This document shows, in pieces, positions 19,485-28,111 of a stretch of 64,000 nt of DNA (its first letter is position 1; each line of letters opens with the position of its first letter). The DNA lies in assembly GCA_964291315.2 (NCBI GenBank), contig OZ219753.1, positions 1,440,001 through 1,504,000 of the forward strand. The letters run 5' to 3'. The notes beneath the pieces are model-generated. The model made no database searches, was not told the origin of the DNA, and was given only the letters and a program-made list of their open reading frames with translations. Source of the DNA: Candidatus Poribacteria bacterium. GTDB taxonomy: Bacteria; Poribacteria; WGA-4E; WGA-3G. The position numbers and the translations under genes were made by a program.

Positions 19485-20507
19485 TTAGCGAACCTGCCTC
19501 TGCTGTATCCATGCGTAGATGTGCCGAAGCGCACCTTCACTCCGAGCCCACAATTCCTTTTTCAAGGGCGAAATTACCTTAGTATAACTGGAGAATTCTG
19601 TCCGAACAGCGCGATACTGCTCTTTATGCGCAATTAATCCGGAGTTTTCCGGGGGCGATGCACCGAAGTCCACCCACTCGTCCTTCGCCTGACACGCTTG
19701 TGTGATAATATGGTGGAAGATAGCATTGTTAGGGCGATATTTCAAGAAAGCTGCTAGAGACGCCTCACACCATAGGGTTACAGTTTTATTGAAATGCAGA
19801 GAAAGTAGTCCTGCGATGATCGTTCCACGATACGTGGCGATAGCGAGTTTGGCGATTTTTTGCCGGAGGAGTGTCTGCATAAGCGAGTGCGGCTTTGGCG
19901 TACCGCCTAACCGGCGGAGGGTCATGAGGTACATTTCGTAAAACGTGGACAGTGCCTCTTCACTAGTGGTGTCTGTGACTTCTACCCCGGATTTCGCTGC
20001 TTTTCGAACTGCGCCTCGGACTCGCTTATTGTATGTGCGCCAGAGGGTATCAATGTCTTCACTAGTTTTCAAGAGATGCGTAAAGTGATTGGTGCAAGCG
20101 TAGCCCATTTCGGGGAAAAAATCACCGTAGGCTGCGGTATGTTCCGGGGACAGGGTCCAGTGCACCTCACACCATCCGTTCTCGACCGCTGCAGCTTCAA
20201 CCGTCCTTACCAGCTTCTCAGGATTTACTCCTTCTAAGTTCATAAGATGAATACCGCCGAATAGATTCCACGGCATCGATTGCCATAGCCGAATACTTGG
20301 TATCGGTTGAAATACGAACGCTGGTAGCCCCCCTATTACTGAATCTTTCTGCTTGATGAGCAGATAAGTGGGGGTAAGCTGTCTGAAGGCATCCGCTAAT
20401 GCATCTCGCCACGCTAAGCTTTGAAAAACGGTCGTATTTGGACACTGCCGGATAATAGCGTCCCACTTATCCTGATTCCGAGGTGTAAGAGGTTCTATTG
20501 TGTACAC
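19485..20507 (-). CDS. GNAT/FemAB-like (peptidoglycan-bridge/BioF2-type) acyltransferase
   Basis: TVFQSLAW, YNKRVRGAVRKAAKSGV, YRPNNAIF, WVDFGAS motifs. Confidence 0.75.
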   Translation of the reverse strand: MYTIEPLTPRNQDKWDAIIRQCPNTTVFQSLAWRDALADAFRQLTPTYLLIKQKDSVIGGLPAFVFQPIPSIRLWQSMPWNLFGGIHLMNLEGVNPEKLVRTVEAAAVENGWCEVHWTLSPEHTAAYGDFFPEMGYACTNHFTHLLKTSEDIDTLWRTYNKRVRGAVRKAAKSGVEVTDTTSEEALSTFYEMYLMTLRRLGGTPKPHSLMQTLLRQKIAKLAIATYRGTIIAGLLSLHFNKTVTLWCEASLAAFLKYRPNNAIFHHIITQACQAKDEWVDFGASPPENSGLIAHKEQYRAVRTEFSSYTKVISPLKKELWARSEGALRHIYAWIQQRQVR

Positions 20508-20520
20508 AAGTAGAGCGAGC

Positions 20521-21459
20521 TTAGACAGCCAACGCTGCGAAAAGCGCTTTTATGTAACCGATGGAATAAGCTAAGCCAACATCCCCTTCTAATTTTGGGA
20601 TGTGATCGGCGTTGATACAACCTTCAAATTCGACCTTTTGTAGCTCTTGAATAATCTTGAAGACATTCATATCGCCGTCGTCAAGGAGTACTTCCTCGAA
20701 TGCCCCGGCTGTCGCAAGGCTCCCCCGCACGTTCCGCAAGTGGACCATGAAGATCCGTCCTTTACGTCCGTAGTTGTTAATTTCATCGAGGACAATAGTA
20801 CTACCGCCGGCTTCGGCACGGGTGCCACAACAGTAGAGATAACCGACATTTCTGCTTGGAAAAGCATCAATAACGCGGTGAAAACCGAGACCGCCCAACG
20901 GTGTGTCCGGATTCGGAACATCTGATGGATGGATAGCGAGTCTGATGTTACATTCATCGGCAATCGGAACGAGTGCCCCGTAGATTTCGCTGAACCGTTC
21001 CCACCACTCATCGAGTGCTTCTATTGACGGAGTAGACGGTGGGTTTTTGGTGGCTCCACGGCTCTCGCCGCGGGAGGTATAACCCCCTCTATGGACAGAG
21101 GAGTAGCGTGTCATTAGATAATCAAACGTATCTCCCCAGAACCGCTGGCGGGCGATAGGCACTCCTGCTTCAGCAAAGACCTTGAGAGCATCGCATGTAT
21201 TTTCTAGCTCTCTTTCGCCTCCGGGCAGGCCCCGCATAAACTTCTCGGTGATGTTTGGGAGTGTCACACGATTAATGTCCAGCCCCCAAGAACGGATCCG
21301 TTTTTTGATTTTCAGAACCTCGTCCAAGTCCGGGTAACCTTGTTCGTCAACCCCAGGAAAAGCGTTTCCACTTCCAAAGTCGATGCAGTCTGCCCCGAGC
21401 TGTGTAACCTGTTTGAGATAACTTTCTGAAAGTCCGCCATCCCAGACCGAAATTTTCAT
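20521..21459 (-). CDS. Mannonate dehydratase (UxuA)-like TIM-barrel protein
   Basis: LAIHPSDVP, YCCGT, FMVHLRNVRG, FEEVLLDDGDMN, ADHIP, AYSIGYIKAL; AGGAGG RBS before ATG 21459. Confidence 0.8.
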   Translation of the reverse strand: MKISVWDGGLSESYLKQVTQLGADCIDFGSGNAFPGVDEQGYPDLDEVLKIKKRIRSWGLDINRVTLPNITEKFMRGLPGGERELENTCDALKVFAEAGVPIARQRFWGDTFDYLMTRYSSVHRGGYTSRGESRGATKNPPSTPSIEALDEWWERFSEIYGALVPIADECNIRLAIHPSDVPNPDTPLGGLGFHRVIDAFPSRNVGYLYCCGTRAEAGGSTIVLDEINNYGRKGRIFMVHLRNVRGSLATAGAFEEVLLDDGDMNVFKIIQELQKVEFEGCINADHIPKLEGDVGLAYSIGYIKALFAALAV

Positions 21460-21579
21460 TTTTCCTCCTATAGTGTCAATTAGCAGCCGGCAGGTAGTTC
21501 GGGCAGTCACAAGCTGTCCACGCCCCCTCTTCTCTGACCGACATTCCTTTACCAGTCGCTGAAAGTCGAGAGTCGGCAA

Positions 21580-22587
21580 CTATAAAGGTAAAGAGACCCG
21601 TTGTCCGTTCTCAACAGATTGGTATACCGCCAATGCAATTTCGGCAGCAGCACGGCCGTCTAACCCTGTGATCGATGGCGGTGTGTCGTTGCGGATTGCG
21701 GCCGCGAAGACGCGAATCTCCTCTTCAACGGGCGGCGGCGTTTTAATACCTGCTATTTTAATCCGTTCACTTTCACCGTCGAAGGGCTTGATCTGTAGAG
21801 TTGCATCTGCCCCCCAAATTTGCGGAAAATAGATAGAGCCGCCTTCACAGTCAATGCGGCCGCCATATCCACCAACAGCGGAAACATGACTGGAGTGAAG
21901 TAGACCGATCGCCCCGCTTTTGAACTGCAACGAGGCAAGCACGACATCCGGGTAGTCGCTTTCGTGCTGTATGTATCGCCCGCCCGTGCCGTGAACCGCA
22001 TCGACCTCTCCGCAAGTCCAACGCATAAAATCGATTTCATGAGCGTTGATTTCCATGAGACTCCCGCCAGATTTTGCGCGCTCAAGTCGCCACGGGGTAT
22101 GGCTATAGCCGCTGCGCCACGGGCCGCCGATGCGGTGTACCATCATGCAGACAGGGGCACCCAGGGTGCCGCTCTGCACAATTTCGTGGACTGTGGCATG
22201 TGTTGCATGGTAACGACATACCAAGCCGATAGTGAGTTTGACACCGTTCTCTTCCGAAGCGCTAATCATCGCATCGCAGGCCTCCAGAGTCGGTGCCATC
22301 GGTTTCTCAGAAAAAACGTGTTTGCCCGCGTTTGCAGCATCAACTGCCATCTGTGAGTGTAGAAACGGTGGAGACGCTATTAGCACCGCATGGATACGCT
22401 CATCAGCAAGCAGTTCATGGTAATTCAGCGTGTAGGATGTGCCGAGATCCGAAGCAAGTTTCTCCGCCAAAGTCTGTTCTACATCACTAACGGAGATAAC
22501 TTCTAATCCCTTAACGGCCTGCGCGCTCGTAGCAAGACTCCTGCCCATACCGCCGCATCCGATAACCCCAACTCCAATTGTTTCCAT
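21580..22587 (-). CDS. Gfo/Idh/MocA family oxidoreductase
   Basis: GVIGCGGMG, ASPPFLH, GKHVFSEKPMA, GGSLMEINAHEID. Confidence 0.9.
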   Translation of the reverse strand: METIGVGVIGCGGMGRSLATSAQAVKGLEVISVSDVEQTLAEKLASDLGTSYTLNYHELLADERIHAVLIASPPFLHSQMAVDAANAGKHVFSEKPMAPTLEACDAMISASEENGVKLTIGLVCRYHATHATVHEIVQSGTLGAPVCMMVHRIGGPWRSGYSHTPWRLERAKSGGSLMEINAHEIDFMRWTCGEVDAVHGTGGRYIQHESDYPDVVLASLQFKSGAIGLLHSSHVSAVGGYGGRIDCEGGSIYFPQIWGADATLQIKPFDGESERIKIAGIKTPPPVEEEIRVFAAAIRNDTPPSITGLDGRAAAEIALAVYQSVENGQRVSLPL

Positions 22588-22798
22588 CAGTTTCTCTCCA
22601 TACACACTCGTACGGTTGGATAGTGTGAGTGAATAATGTGAGTTTGAAAAATGTCTCGGTTTTTCGAGCCCCCGCCGCAGTAGAAAGGATTTCCAAACCT
22701 CGACTATCTTATCGGTTGGATTTCCATAGCCTCGCGGAAGTCCAAACGTACATTCGGCGGGAATTCCGTACTAATATTGCTAATAGAGAACTCTGTGT

Positions 22799-23040
22799 CT
22801 ATCTGCGCCTTGCCTTCATGTGTCCCCAGGTGACGCTCAAATGACTTGCATTTGGACTCACATCAAGTCCGGTCGTTTTCATGTTATTCAGTACTTCTGC
22901 TGGCGTGAGAGCTCGGTCGTAGATGCGGAATTCGTCAATATACCCTTGGATTGTATCGCAATCGCAGTCATCATAATAGAGACTTGCGCTTGTTGTGTTA
23001 GACGGCATATCGTCCAGTGAAATGATTCGATTCCAACTGT
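22799..23040 (-). pseudogene. C-terminal remnant of a LamG-like jellyroll protein
   Basis: GYIDEFRIYDRALTPAEV (LamG terminal motif) followed by LDVSPNASHLSVTWGHMK; no N-terminal part or credible start. Confidence 0.7.
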
Positions 23041-23072
23041 CGTCTAAGGCGTTGATAAGGACATAGATACGC

Positions 23073-24464
23073 TTACAGATCGCGCATGGCGCGTTCTCTC
23101 CGATCAGCTCTCCGGCGCTCACGCTCCTCGTCAGAGATTTGACCGTGTTGTTCAGAAACGACGGGCCGGTATTCTGCGACCTCATGTCTCCGTTTGAATA
23201 CTCGGAAGAAGTCAAAACGGGTTAAGGTCGGTGGAATGTTGCCTGGACACAGTGCATGTAGTCCGACATGCACCGAACTGCCCATACCGACGTTAGTTTG
23301 TCCGCAGCTTTTCCACTGAATTCCGTCCCCGCTGGCGAAAGCAGAAAATTGGTTACCTCTCCGTTCTATGCGTAAGAAGAGCTCTCGGGCATTCCTGAGT
23401 CCGCTGCTCCGCCCACGTAGGTGGAGAACGCGGTTGACATGTCGTTCAAAGCGGACATCACCTCTGAAAGCATGGGGACCGGAGGTTTTCTCCAAACGGA
23501 GAAATCGGTTTGGGTTCTTCCAAACCAGCAAACCGCCGTGTTCTCTGAGTTGCGGGGTGATGCGCATACGAGTTTCTATTGCAAAATCTCCAGGTACTTC
23601 CATCAAGAGGCGCGGTGCGCTCATATCGCCGCTGTTACCGTCGCCACCGTGCCAGAGGTCTTGCCCGGGCTCTGTCCGCATTTCAAGATAACCTTGGCGC
23701 TCCGTCCAGGAGCCGCCGCCCTTCGGATCGTCCCATCGCCATTCTGGACGCATCCGGTTACCAATGAATTCGTCTTCGAACACCATCTCCGTGAATTCAC
23801 CAGAGGATGCCCATCCTTCAATTTTAACAGCGGAGATAGAATCTCCGAAGTTCTGAGGTAGTAAATGTAGATTTGGCAATTCTTTTTTATACTCTGAGGG
23901 TTCCATACGGATTGCAAGGGGCGCACCTTCAAAGTCGGGATGTTCATAAAAGACGACTTCCGCGCCGTCTGATGGAAAATCAGGGCCTTTAAAAATACGG
24001 ATCGACGAAATTCGGTCCTCAAACCAGCTCCTGCCTTGTGCGTCTCGTAGATTGGCGATATCGCGTAGGATCGTAATTTTCCTACCGCGGAAGTTGACAT
24101 GCTCATAGCAGTCTACAATCAGCGGAATCGTCCCCCACTCGGGTCCTACAACTTCCAAGCTAGAGCCGAAGTTAATAGATGAAATTCGGTCGGCAAAATT
24201 GTAAGCGACATCGTGCAAATTCGGATAAAATCCGGGGCCGAGTGCCAATTTCTGACCCTGGAAGTTACTATGCTGATAAAAAATAACCTTATAGTTCGGA
24301 TTTGACGAGAAGCTTGGACCCTTATAGACACGCACAGAGGATATATTATCTTGAAACCCGATGTGGCCCGTGAACGGAACAGGTTCTATAACATATCCCA
24401 TTCTACCCCGGAAATTTGTATGTTGGAACACCTCGACAACCAGGCGCGGTATAACAACTGGCAT
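23073..24464 (-). CDS. Beta/gamma-crystallin repeat protein fused to a ConA-like (DUF1349/GH43 C-terminal type) domain
   Basis: Four Greek-key motifs (F/Y)(Q/E)HxxFxG...F-x-D-x-ISS/A; then WRWDDP...DLW...APRLL...GDFAIETR...GGLLVW beta-sandwich. Confidence 0.8.
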   Translation of the reverse strand: MPVVIPRLVVEVFQHTNFRGRMGYVIEPVPFTGHIGFQDNISSVRVYKGPSFSSNPNYKVIFYQHSNFQGQKLALGPGFYPNLHDVAYNFADRISSINFGSSLEVVGPEWGTIPLIVDCYEHVNFRGRKITILRDIANLRDAQGRSWFEDRISSIRIFKGPDFPSDGAEVVFYEHPDFEGAPLAIRMEPSEYKKELPNLHLLPQNFGDSISAVKIEGWASSGEFTEMVFEDEFIGNRMRPEWRWDDPKGGGSWTERQGYLEMRTEPGQDLWHGGDGNSGDMSAPRLLMEVPGDFAIETRMRITPQLREHGGLLVWKNPNRFLRLEKTSGPHAFRGDVRFERHVNRVLHLRGRSSGLRNARELFLRIERRGNQFSAFASGDGIQWKSCGQTNVGMGSSVHVGLHALCPGNIPPTLTRFDFFRVFKRRHEVAEYRPVVSEQHGQISDEERERRRADRRERAMRDL

Positions 24465-24625
24465 TTTTGACTCCTTTTTTGATGTCTGTTAGTTATCGGG
24501 AAAAAAGAGTTTTCATTTCAGGGTGTCTGATTTCTGATACTAACAATTTATACTTACTTTCTGTCTTGTTATGTTTTTTATTCCCTCGGAAGAATGAACA
24601 ATGCTTTTCACTAGGGATCTCTATC

Positions 24626-24730
24626 TGTCAGTTGTCGGATTTCAGAATTTAAGGAAGATTTAGTTATCGGTTAAAGAGGCATCTGGTTAGCAAGAATGCC
24701 TGTTAACCGACAACTGATAACTGATAGCTA
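24626..24730. repeat. Palindromic element with CTGA(T/C)AA heptamer arms anchored at a stop codon (copy 1)
   Basis: AGTTATCGGTTAA..AGGCAT pairs with ATGCCT..TTAACCGACAACT; tail CCGACAACTGATAACTGATAGCTA. Confidence 0.6.
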
Positions 24731-25726
24731 TTCTTCGAATGCGGCATCAAATGCCACAGTCGACGGTTCAAAATCGTAGCCCTTGACAGCATTGCAAGAT
24801 TCCCGGGCTCCGTGTTCCCTGTCCATACCACTGTCTTCCCACTCAATGGAGAGCGGGCCCTCGTACGCCATGTTGTTTAGGGCCCGAATAATATCTTCAA
24901 AATTGATGTTTCCGCGGCCAATAGATCGGAAGTCCCAATTCCTTCTAGCATCACCAAAGTTCAGGTGTCCACCAAACACCCCGGACAACCTCGGTGTATT
25001 TGCCCACCAGACATCCTTCATGTGCACATGGTAAATCCGATGACTCAACCGTTCAAGGAAGGCGACATAGTCGACACCTTGGTATCCGAGATGGCTCGGG
25101 TCGTAGTTGAATCCGAACGTTTCTCTGCCGCTGACCGCCTCAACTGCACGTTCTGCAGTGACAATATCAAAAGCGATTTCAGTGGGATGCACTTCGAGCC
25201 CAAATTTGACACCGACTTCATCAAAAACATCGAAAATCGGGCTCCAACGGTTAGCAAAATCTTCAAACCCAGCATCAATTTGTGCAGGATCGTTCGGCGG
25301 GAAGGAGTACAACAGATGCCATATAGAACTCCCGGTGAAGCCGTTGACAACGTCTACACCGAGTTTCGCTGCTGCGCGCGCAGTGTTCTTCATTTCTTCG
25401 GCGGCACGTTCTTGAACGCCAATGGGATCACCATCCCCCCAAATTGCTTCTGACAAAATGCCCTGATGGCGGCTGTCAATATTATCACAGACGGCTTGTC
25501 CAACAAGGTGATTACTGATTGCCCAGACTTTCAGTCCGTATTTCTCGAGGAGATCGTGTCTGCCCTGACAGTAACTGTCGTCTGAGAGGGCTTTGTCGAC
25601 TTCGAAATGATCGCCCCAGCAAGCGAGCTCTAAGCCATCATAGCCCCATCCACCCGCTTTTTCTGCTAATTCTTCTAATGTTAGATCTGTCCATTGGCCT
25701 GTAAAGAGTGTTACAGGTCTTGCCAT
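24728..25726 (-). CDS. Sugar phosphate isomerase/epimerase family TIM-barrel protein
   Basis: [51 protein letters not shown]. Confidence 0.9.
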   Translation of the reverse strand: MARPVTLFTGQWTDLTLEELAEKAGGWGYDGLELACWGDHFEVDKALSDDSYCQGRHDLLEKYGLKVWAISNHLVGQAVCDNIDSRHQGILSEAIWGDGDPIGVQERAAEEMKNTARAAAKLGVDVVNGFTGSSIWHLLYSFPPNDPAQIDAGFEDFANRWSPIFDVFDEVGVKFGLEVHPTEIAFDIVTAERAVEAVSGRETFGFNYDPSHLGYQGVDYVAFLERLSHRIYHVHMKDVWWANTPRLSGVFGGHLNFGDARRNWDFRSIGRGNINFEDIIRALNNMAYEGPLSIEWEDSGMDREHGARESCNAVKGYDFEPSTVAFDAAFEE

Positions 25727-25838
25727 AATTGGTCTCCTTAATAGTAGTCTGTCGTAAATGTTAAAAATAGAGAGAGGTTTCAGCGGATAACAGTTCCGCC
25801 CTTTGGCCCCCGGCCATTAGCAAATAGTAGCGATAAAA

Positions 25839-26828
25839 TTAACTGCGTGCCTGCAAACGCGCGATCTCCTCTTGGAGTCGGGCAATTTCTAATTCTGCTT
25901 TCTGGCGTGCAACGACTTGCTGTTCGGCGTGTGTTTCGGCCTGCTGCGCCCGTGCGGCTTGTTGTTCGGCGTGTGTTTCGGCTTGCTGCGCCCGTGCGGC
26001 TTGTTGTTCGGCGTGTGTTTCGGCTTGCTGCGCCCGTGCGGTTTGCTGTTCGGCGTGTGTTTCGGCCTGCTGCGCCCGTGCGGTTTGCTGTTCGGCGTGT
26101 GTTTCGGCCTGCTGCGCCCGTGTTTCGGCTTGCTCAGCACGCTCAGTTGCTGACTCGGCAGGAGTTTGCAGCCACTTACCTGCAACCGGGTCATAAATCC
26201 CTAAACCCACTTCATTACCAGTTGCGAAGTTATCGTCCCCTTCAAAATATTCACTTGCATCTGGGTCATAAATTCCCACGCCTATAGCATCGACATGGAA
26301 ATCTAAACCGAGGGCAGTAGAATGGACACTTCCGTCTGTCCCTGGCGAGATAGCCACATACCAGCCATCAATCAAAGTAAATCCCATGAGAGACGATGGT
26401 AAGTATAGCCCCTCCACATCGTACAAGAAATAGTCTTGGATTCCCAATAAAGCATAGAGTTCCATCTTGCGACTCAAGTCGTTACGATAGGTGCTTTTGC
26501 TGGAGAACTCCATCGCGAAATCAGGCGCTTTTCCCTCCTTCCAGACGAGATACGTCCGCCGGGGTTTCTTACCTAAGCCGAAAGCAACTAGGGCATCTGG
26601 CGAGATCGACTTACGTGGATCGCCCTCGACATAATACATGAGGATATCCCCAGAAACATAAACTTCCGGCATATCTTTAAAATGTGCATCAAGGGCTGCT
26701 AAGGTCCGCGTGAGGATACGTCTGTGAAGGTCGCTAACCGCCATAGGTTTTCCATCCGAGTCGGGATAAAGTTCCGCCTCCTCTGTAGGGGCATAAGGGA
26801 TTTGGAGTCGGTGTCGATAGTTTTCCAT
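25839..26828 (-). CDS. Uma2 family (PD-(D/E)XK-like) protein with tandem-repeat coiled-coil tail
   Basis: YPDSDGKPMA, SPDALVAFG, APDFAMEFSS, YALLGIQDYFLYD. Confidence 0.88.
   Translation of the reverse strand: MENYRHRLQIPYAPTEEAELYPDSDGKPMAVSDLHRRILTRTLAALDAHFKDMPEVYVSGDILMYYVEGDPRKSISPDALVAFGLGKKPRRTYLVWKEGKAPDFAMEFSSKSTYRNDLSRKMELYALLGIQDYFLYDVEGLYLPSSLMGFTLIDGWYVAISPGTDGSVHSTALGLDFHVDAIGVGIYDPDASEYFEGDDNFATGNEVGLGIYDPVAGKWLQTPAESATERAEQAETRAQQAETHAEQQTARAQQAETHAEQQTARAQQAETHAEQQAARAQQAETHAEQQAARAQQAETHAEQQVVARQKAELEIARLQEEIARLQARS
25915..26132 (-). repeat. Coding 42-bp tandem repeat, about 5 copies (ARAQQAETHAEQQx)
   Basis: TGTTCGGCGTGTGTTTCGGC(C/T)TGCTGCGCCCGTGCGG(C/T)TTG(T/C) repeated head to tail without spacers. 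Confidence 0.95.
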
Positions 26829-26881
26829 GGAGATCCCTCCTTTTTTGTTTCATTCTATTTTCTGTGTAAACCGGTGTTCAA

Positions 26882-28054
26882 CTATTCAGGCGGTCTATAG
26901 CTGGCATCAATCCACCCACGTTGTTTACCGCTTTCAACAGCGGCATTGATGAAGTGGACACCGCGTGCCCCGTCTTGGACGGTCGGAAAATCTGTGTCAA
27001 ATTCGCCTGGTGCCTCGCCTGCAATTTTTGCTGACATTGTCCGCGCAGCGTTAACATAGATATTCGCGAACGCCTCAATAAACGCCTCAGGGTGTCCGAA
27101 GGGTATCCGTGTATTGTGCTGAACGACCTCTGCCAAATAGTCGTTACCGCGCTTGTAGACCTGTTCGGGGCGGTCCGGAAATCGGACGTAGAGATAGTTT
27201 GGGTTCTCCTGCTGCCATTCTAAGGAGGCATCGGTGCCGTAGACGCGGATACGGAGGTTGTTTTCCTCACCTACTGAGATTTGCGAGGCATAAAGCACGC
27301 CGCGCACCCCATTTTCATAATGTACCAATAGGTTGCCATCATCTTCTAACAGACGTCCCTCTACAAACGTGGTCATGTCGGCACATAGTTCTTCGATGTC
27401 GAGCCCAGTAATATAATGCGCCAAATTTTCTGCATGAGAACCAATATCTCCGATGCACGAAGAGGCACCGGCTTGCTTGGGATCAGTGCGCCAGACGGCT
27501 TGTTTCGCGCCTTCGTCTTCCAAAAATGTGGCGAGCCATCCCTGTGGATATTCTACAACGATCTTCCGAAGTGTTCCGAGTTTCCCTTCTTTCACAAGTT
27601 GGCGCGCCTGCTTCACCATGGGGTAGCCGGTATAATTGTGCGTGAGGGCGAAGACGACATCATGCTCTTCGACGAGACGGCAGAGGATCTCGGCATCGGC
27701 AACAGTGGTCGTCATAGGTTTATCACAAACGATGTGAAAACCCGCCTCAATAAAGGTTTTAGCGACATCGAAATGCACATGATTTGGGGTTACAATTGAG
27801 ACAAAGTCAATACGTTCGTCTTCGGAAAGTTGTCTCTCTTTTTCTGCCATTTCCTTATAGGAGCCATAAACCCTATTTGGATCTAAGAAGAGTTCAGCCC
27901 CTTGCTGGCGAGATTTTTCGGGAGAGGATGAGAATGCCCCGGCGACGAGGTCTATTTCCCCATCAAGCGCCGCGGCTTTTCGATGCACTGCACCGATGAA
28001 CGCATCAGGACCCCCACCCACCATGCCATAACGGATTTTTCTACCAAGTGGCAT
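26882..28054 (-). CDS. Gfo/Idh/MocA family oxidoreductase
   Basis: GMVGGGPDAFIGAVHR, IVTPNHVH, CDKPM, GDIGSHA, GHPEAFIEAFANIY. Confidence 0.92.
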   Translation of the reverse strand: MPLGRKIRYGMVGGGPDAFIGAVHRKAAALDGEIDLVAGAFSSSPEKSRQQGAELFLDPNRVYGSYKEMAEKERQLSEDERIDFVSIVTPNHVHFDVAKTFIEAGFHIVCDKPMTTTVADAEILCRLVEEHDVVFALTHNYTGYPMVKQARQLVKEGKLGTLRKIVVEYPQGWLATFLEDEGAKQAVWRTDPKQAGASSCIGDIGSHAENLAHYITGLDIEELCADMTTFVEGRLLEDDGNLLVHYENGVRGVLYASQISVGEENNLRIRVYGTDASLEWQQENPNYLYVRFPDRPEQVYKRGNDYLAEVVQHNTRIPFGHPEAFIEAFANIYVNAARTMSAKIAGEAPGEFDTDFPTVQDGARGVHFINAAVESGKQRGWIDASYRPPE

Positions 28055-28111
28055 CTTGTGTAATTTCTCCTTTGTTGTTTGAACAGATATTTTGATTCTA
28101 TCTATATTATC

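Noticed and set aside
25915-26132. Regular repeats resembling a CRISPR array
   Set aside because: Units are contiguous 42-bp in-frame coding repeats without unique spacers, and no cas genes are present.
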